From Spongospora subterranea f. sp. subterranea (lineage: Eukaryota), in NCBI GenBank assembly GCA_049724395.1, contig JAUGWO010000019.1, positions 1 to 55,509 of the forward strand: a stretch of 55,509 nucleotides of DNA. The letters are read 5' to 3'. Every line of letters begins with the position of its first letter. Position 1 is the first letter of the stretch. Shown here piece by piece: positions 51,701 to 55,509 of this stretch. A program made the translations under genes and the position numbers. The notes beneath the pieces were generated by a model that was not told the DNA's origin, did not search any database, and saw only the letters and a list, made by a program, of their open reading frames with translations.

Positions 51701-54205
51701 GCCGTGCACTACCGCCTTGCGGCACGATCTGTTGCCACAAGTGCAACAAACGAAGTCCCGATCGACGTCAATCGCTGCGGTCGTCGGAATGGAGTTGAGC
51801 GCAGATCTCTGACCCCGCTCAATTCCACATGGTCCACTCCTTGCGGAGCGTCGACGACGATACGCGAGGTGTCGGGAAACGGTTGAGGACATCATACCGC
51901 TTGATTATTGAGCACAAATACGGGTACCGTACTCAGTCTTCGATCTATTCGCGACGTGATTTGCGAGGACACGCGTTCCTCTGTCAGACAGTGTACACTC
52001 CAGTGTCACCTCAGTGACTGGACCAAATCTGTCCACATAAACCAACTTTCACTTTCCAAATCTTTGCATTGGACCCGGTAGATACGCCGAAACGGCGATC
52101 TTGGGTGCCCTGATGAATTTACGCAGACTTCAGCACCAACATGTACGAGCAATCAGATTGTTTTGCGATTATATGCACGACACAACAGCATCAAACTTGA
52201 AGTTTGCAACTCAACGGGGCTTCCGCAAATACACAAATGTATATTCCGGCGCGCTCCAGCGCTGTATATAATGTTCCAACGATGTTTCAACGAACAGTTA
52301 TGAAATCGTTTCGATGACTCAAGTACTCCTGCGCTCCCTGATGTCGTTATCCCAAATGGTTCCACGATATATTCACAAATTTTGTTGATTACGTATATCC
52401 AAAACGAGGACCAAGTGGCTCACATCCAAAAACTTTTCAATCCCACACAAACAATTTATCACTTGACACCTGGGGGATAACACCGATGGATTGTACATCG
52501 TGTATAACAAAGGTTGTCGTAGCCGATTGGGTTGTTCTCTTTTTTTGAAAATGAAAGTGAAAATGACCACTGTGGGTGGAGTGTGTGGACATCGAAACTT
52601 TGCACACTCCCTTCAGAGTTTATCAATTCACGCCTGGTTGATGATAATAATTGATTGTACGCAGCCTATTGGGATGTTCTCTTGGAGCCGCACGTACATC
52701 AAGAATTTATAACTTGACATCTTGCTCATCACCACATCAAACCCCGACTGAAATACCGCTATATACTCAACAGAACCATTGTTCATTCTTGTCTGAGCAT
52801 CACAACGTTCTAAAAACTCTCATCAAAGTCAGATGTCTTCTCGACAGTTTGAGCGTTTGCAACTTTGTGTTCCGCTGGTTGGTATTTGGAGCATATTATA
52901 GACAAACTCTAACGATATAAAACCGCCGCTTGGGCCATCGCAACTAAAAACTTACCTGGAACACAAATAAATCTACAACTTCCGGAGAAGCCACAATTAG
53001 CCAAGTTTCTCATTGACGACCTTCCCAAAGATATTAAAATTTTGCTCGATCACTAACCCATTCACGGCAATGATTGGGGAATCATTGCCATTGATGGGCG
53101 TATCGGAGACAGCAACAGGGTCGGAGCAGAGGCGGCCAAAGTTGACGAACGGGGTTAGCGGCGAGGTGCTTTTGTTAGTAAACAAAAAACATGGTTCTTG
53201 ATAAATTCGGCAAAAAGACTCTTGGCGCAACGCAAGGACTTGAGAAACGTCTCAAGGGGTTTTACAGAGAACAATACTATAACCAACCAGGTTCTATCAT
53301 CAACAAACAATGGACCCAACATGAGGCAATGTCAATCGCTGCTCCCTTGTCAGGAACAAAAAACCACACCATTGGGAGCTGGGGAACGGCGAGAATCATG
53401 TCAAATATCATTGATTAATATATATAACAAAATCGCCCCTCAACTCGCTTCATCAACTCCTCTGGCATTTGCTCCGACATCGTCTCTGTCTCCGTCTTGT
53501 CCCTTAACATCAAATGCATCTGGAAATCCATGAAAACGCAAACCCAAGTTACTCTACCGCCACAATGCTAACAAACGCGTTCATCACATTCCTACAACGA
53601 CACGAAATCGAGTTAAGATCAACCTCGACGTAGAATACGCAAGCCCAACGTGGTCCTTTGACAACTATGGATAGGGCTCGTGTTTAGGTCACTTGTACGT
53701 ACTATTGGTTCATCTCTGGTTTTTGCGGATTGTTGTTATCTGTGTTTTAGTATTTCGGCGACTTCCAAAATTTTGAACCGTCGGTGAATGCAGTATGTCA
53801 ACGTCGACGTGATCTCACCAAAATATTCCCTGATTGACCGAATTCATATTGTGGGGACTCTGAGATAGTCAAACTTGTTCGATCCCATTTTATTCCGCAA
53901 ACATATTCATATGGTTGCTTTTGGTCATTTAGTGATTGTAAGTTTCAATGGTCATCTCTTTTCCCCCTTTAATACACGGATCTAATTCCACCGATTCTCC
54001 CTCCTTCCACAATATCACAACATCATGTTTCGGTGGAATTAGATCCATGTCTTTTAAAGAAGGAACAGGGAGTATAACAAGGAAATCGAACGAGCAGCTC
54101 CAGGCGTACACACGAGGACAAGCACGTAGGGTCAGGGCATCAAAAAACCCATGCAAGGCCAATAAAGCATGAAAGTCAGTTATCATTACATACCAGACTA
54201 AAAGA

Positions 54206-55509
54206 CAATCTGAAGCTGTCATCCAATCTGAAGCTGTCATCCAATCTGAAGCTGTCATCCAATCTGTCATCCAATCTGAAGATGTCATCCAATCTGAAGC
54301 TGTCATCCAATCTCTGTCATTCAATCTGAAGCTGTCATCCAATCTGAAGCTGTCATCCAATCTGAAGCTGTCATCCAATCTGAAGCTGTCATCCAATCTG
54401 AAGCTGTCATCCAATCTGAAGCTGTCATCCAATCTCTGTCATCCAAGCTGAATGTCATCCAATCTGAAGAATGTCATCCAATCTGCTGTCATTCAATCTG
54501 AAGCTGTCATCCAAGCTGAAGAAGCTGTCATCCAATCTGAAGCTGTCATCCAATCTCTGAAGCTGTCATCCAATCTGAAGCTGTCATCCAATCTGAAGCT
54601 GTCAGCTGTCATTCAATCTGAAGCTGTCATCCAATCTGAAGCTGTCATCCAATCTGAAGCTGTCATCCAAGATGTCATCCAATCTGAAGCTGTCATCCAA
54701 TCTGAAGCTGTCATCCAATCTGAAGCTGTCATCCAATCTGAAGCTGTCATCCAATCTGAAGCTGTCATCCAATCTGAAGCTGTCATTCAATCTGAAGCTG
54801 TCATCCAATCTGAAGCTGTCATCCAATCTGAAGCTGTCATCCAATCTGAAGCTGTCATCCAATCTGAAGCTGTCCAATCTGAAGCTGTCATCCAATCTGA
54901 AGCTGTCATCCAATCTGAAGCTGTCATCCAATCTGAAGCTGTCATCCAATCTGAAGCTGCTGTCATCCAATCTGAAGCTGTCATCCAATCTGAAGCTGTC
55001 ATCCAATCTCTGTCATCCAATCTGAAGCTGTCATCCAATCTGAAGCTGTCATCAAGCTGAATCTGTCATCCAATCTGAAGCTGTCATCCAATCTGAAGCT
55101 GTCATCCAATCTGAAGCTGTCATCCAATCTGAAGCTGTCATCCAATCTGAAGCTGTCATTCAATCTGAAGCTGTCATCCAATCTGAAGCTGTCATCCAAT
55201 CTGAAGCTGTCATCCAATCTGAAGCTGTCATCCAATCTGAAGCTGTCATCCAATCTGAAGCTGTCATCCAATCTGAAGCTGTCATCCAATCTGAAGCTGT
55301 CATCCAATCTGAAGCTGTCATCCAATCTGAAGCTGTCATCCAATCTGAAGCTGTCATCCAATCTGAAGCTGTCAATCTGAAGCTGTCATCCAATCTGAAG
55401 CTGTCATCCAATCTGAAGCTGTCATCCAATCTGAAGCTGTCATTCAATCTGAAGCTGTCATTCAAGCTGAAGCTGTCATCCAATCTGAAGCTGTCATCCA
55501 ATCTGAAGC
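54206..55509. repeat. 18-bp tandem satellite/minisatellite, ~70 copies, extending past the window end
   Basis: Unit AATCTGAAGCTGTCATCC with occasional TCATTC variants and short deletions. Confidence 0.98.

Noticed and set aside
54452..55501. Repeat ORFs (SEAVIQ)n, (DDSFRL)n etc. as real CDS
   Set aside because: They are a by-product of an 18-bp stop-poor unit. Frames switch at indels, and there is no unique N- or C-terminal domain support.
24831..55509. Functional link between the CenH3 gene and the nearby satellite
   Set aside because: They are 29 kb apart, and the location of a CenH3 gene does not predict centromere position.

Overview
Eukaryotic nuclear DNA with short GT-AG introns and roughly 45% GC. 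The gene style suggests a plasmodiophorid-like protist (e.g. Spongospora), but this is inference only. Layout: (1) 0-7.3 kb holds an unknown gene with three Cys/His-rich repeats, a Tc1/IS630-type transposase fragment and a decayed Ty3/gypsy retroelement. (2) 12.7-39.7 kb is a housekeeping block (NFU1, UPF1, a TPR co-chaperone, CenH3/CENP-A, proteasome alpha-6, ATP synthase subunit b, LSM1, PLRG1/PRP46, ornithine aminotransferase), separated by stretches I could not interpret. (3) 40-50.6 kb is an accessory cluster of three paralogous, signal-peptide-bearing, divergent Sec14/CRAL-TRIO-like genes (two apparently intact, one pseudogene with a TSD-flanked insertion). They are interleaved with a ~375-bp foldback hairpin, an AGTCGACT palindrome array and a 31-bp VNTR. 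(4) An 18-bp satellite runs off the right end. Six genes each carry a single +1 base duplication, most likely long-read consensus errors. The best novelty candidates are the putatively secreted CRAL-TRIO family with a variable hexapeptide repeat, the adjacent hairpin locus, and the triple Cys-repeat protein.
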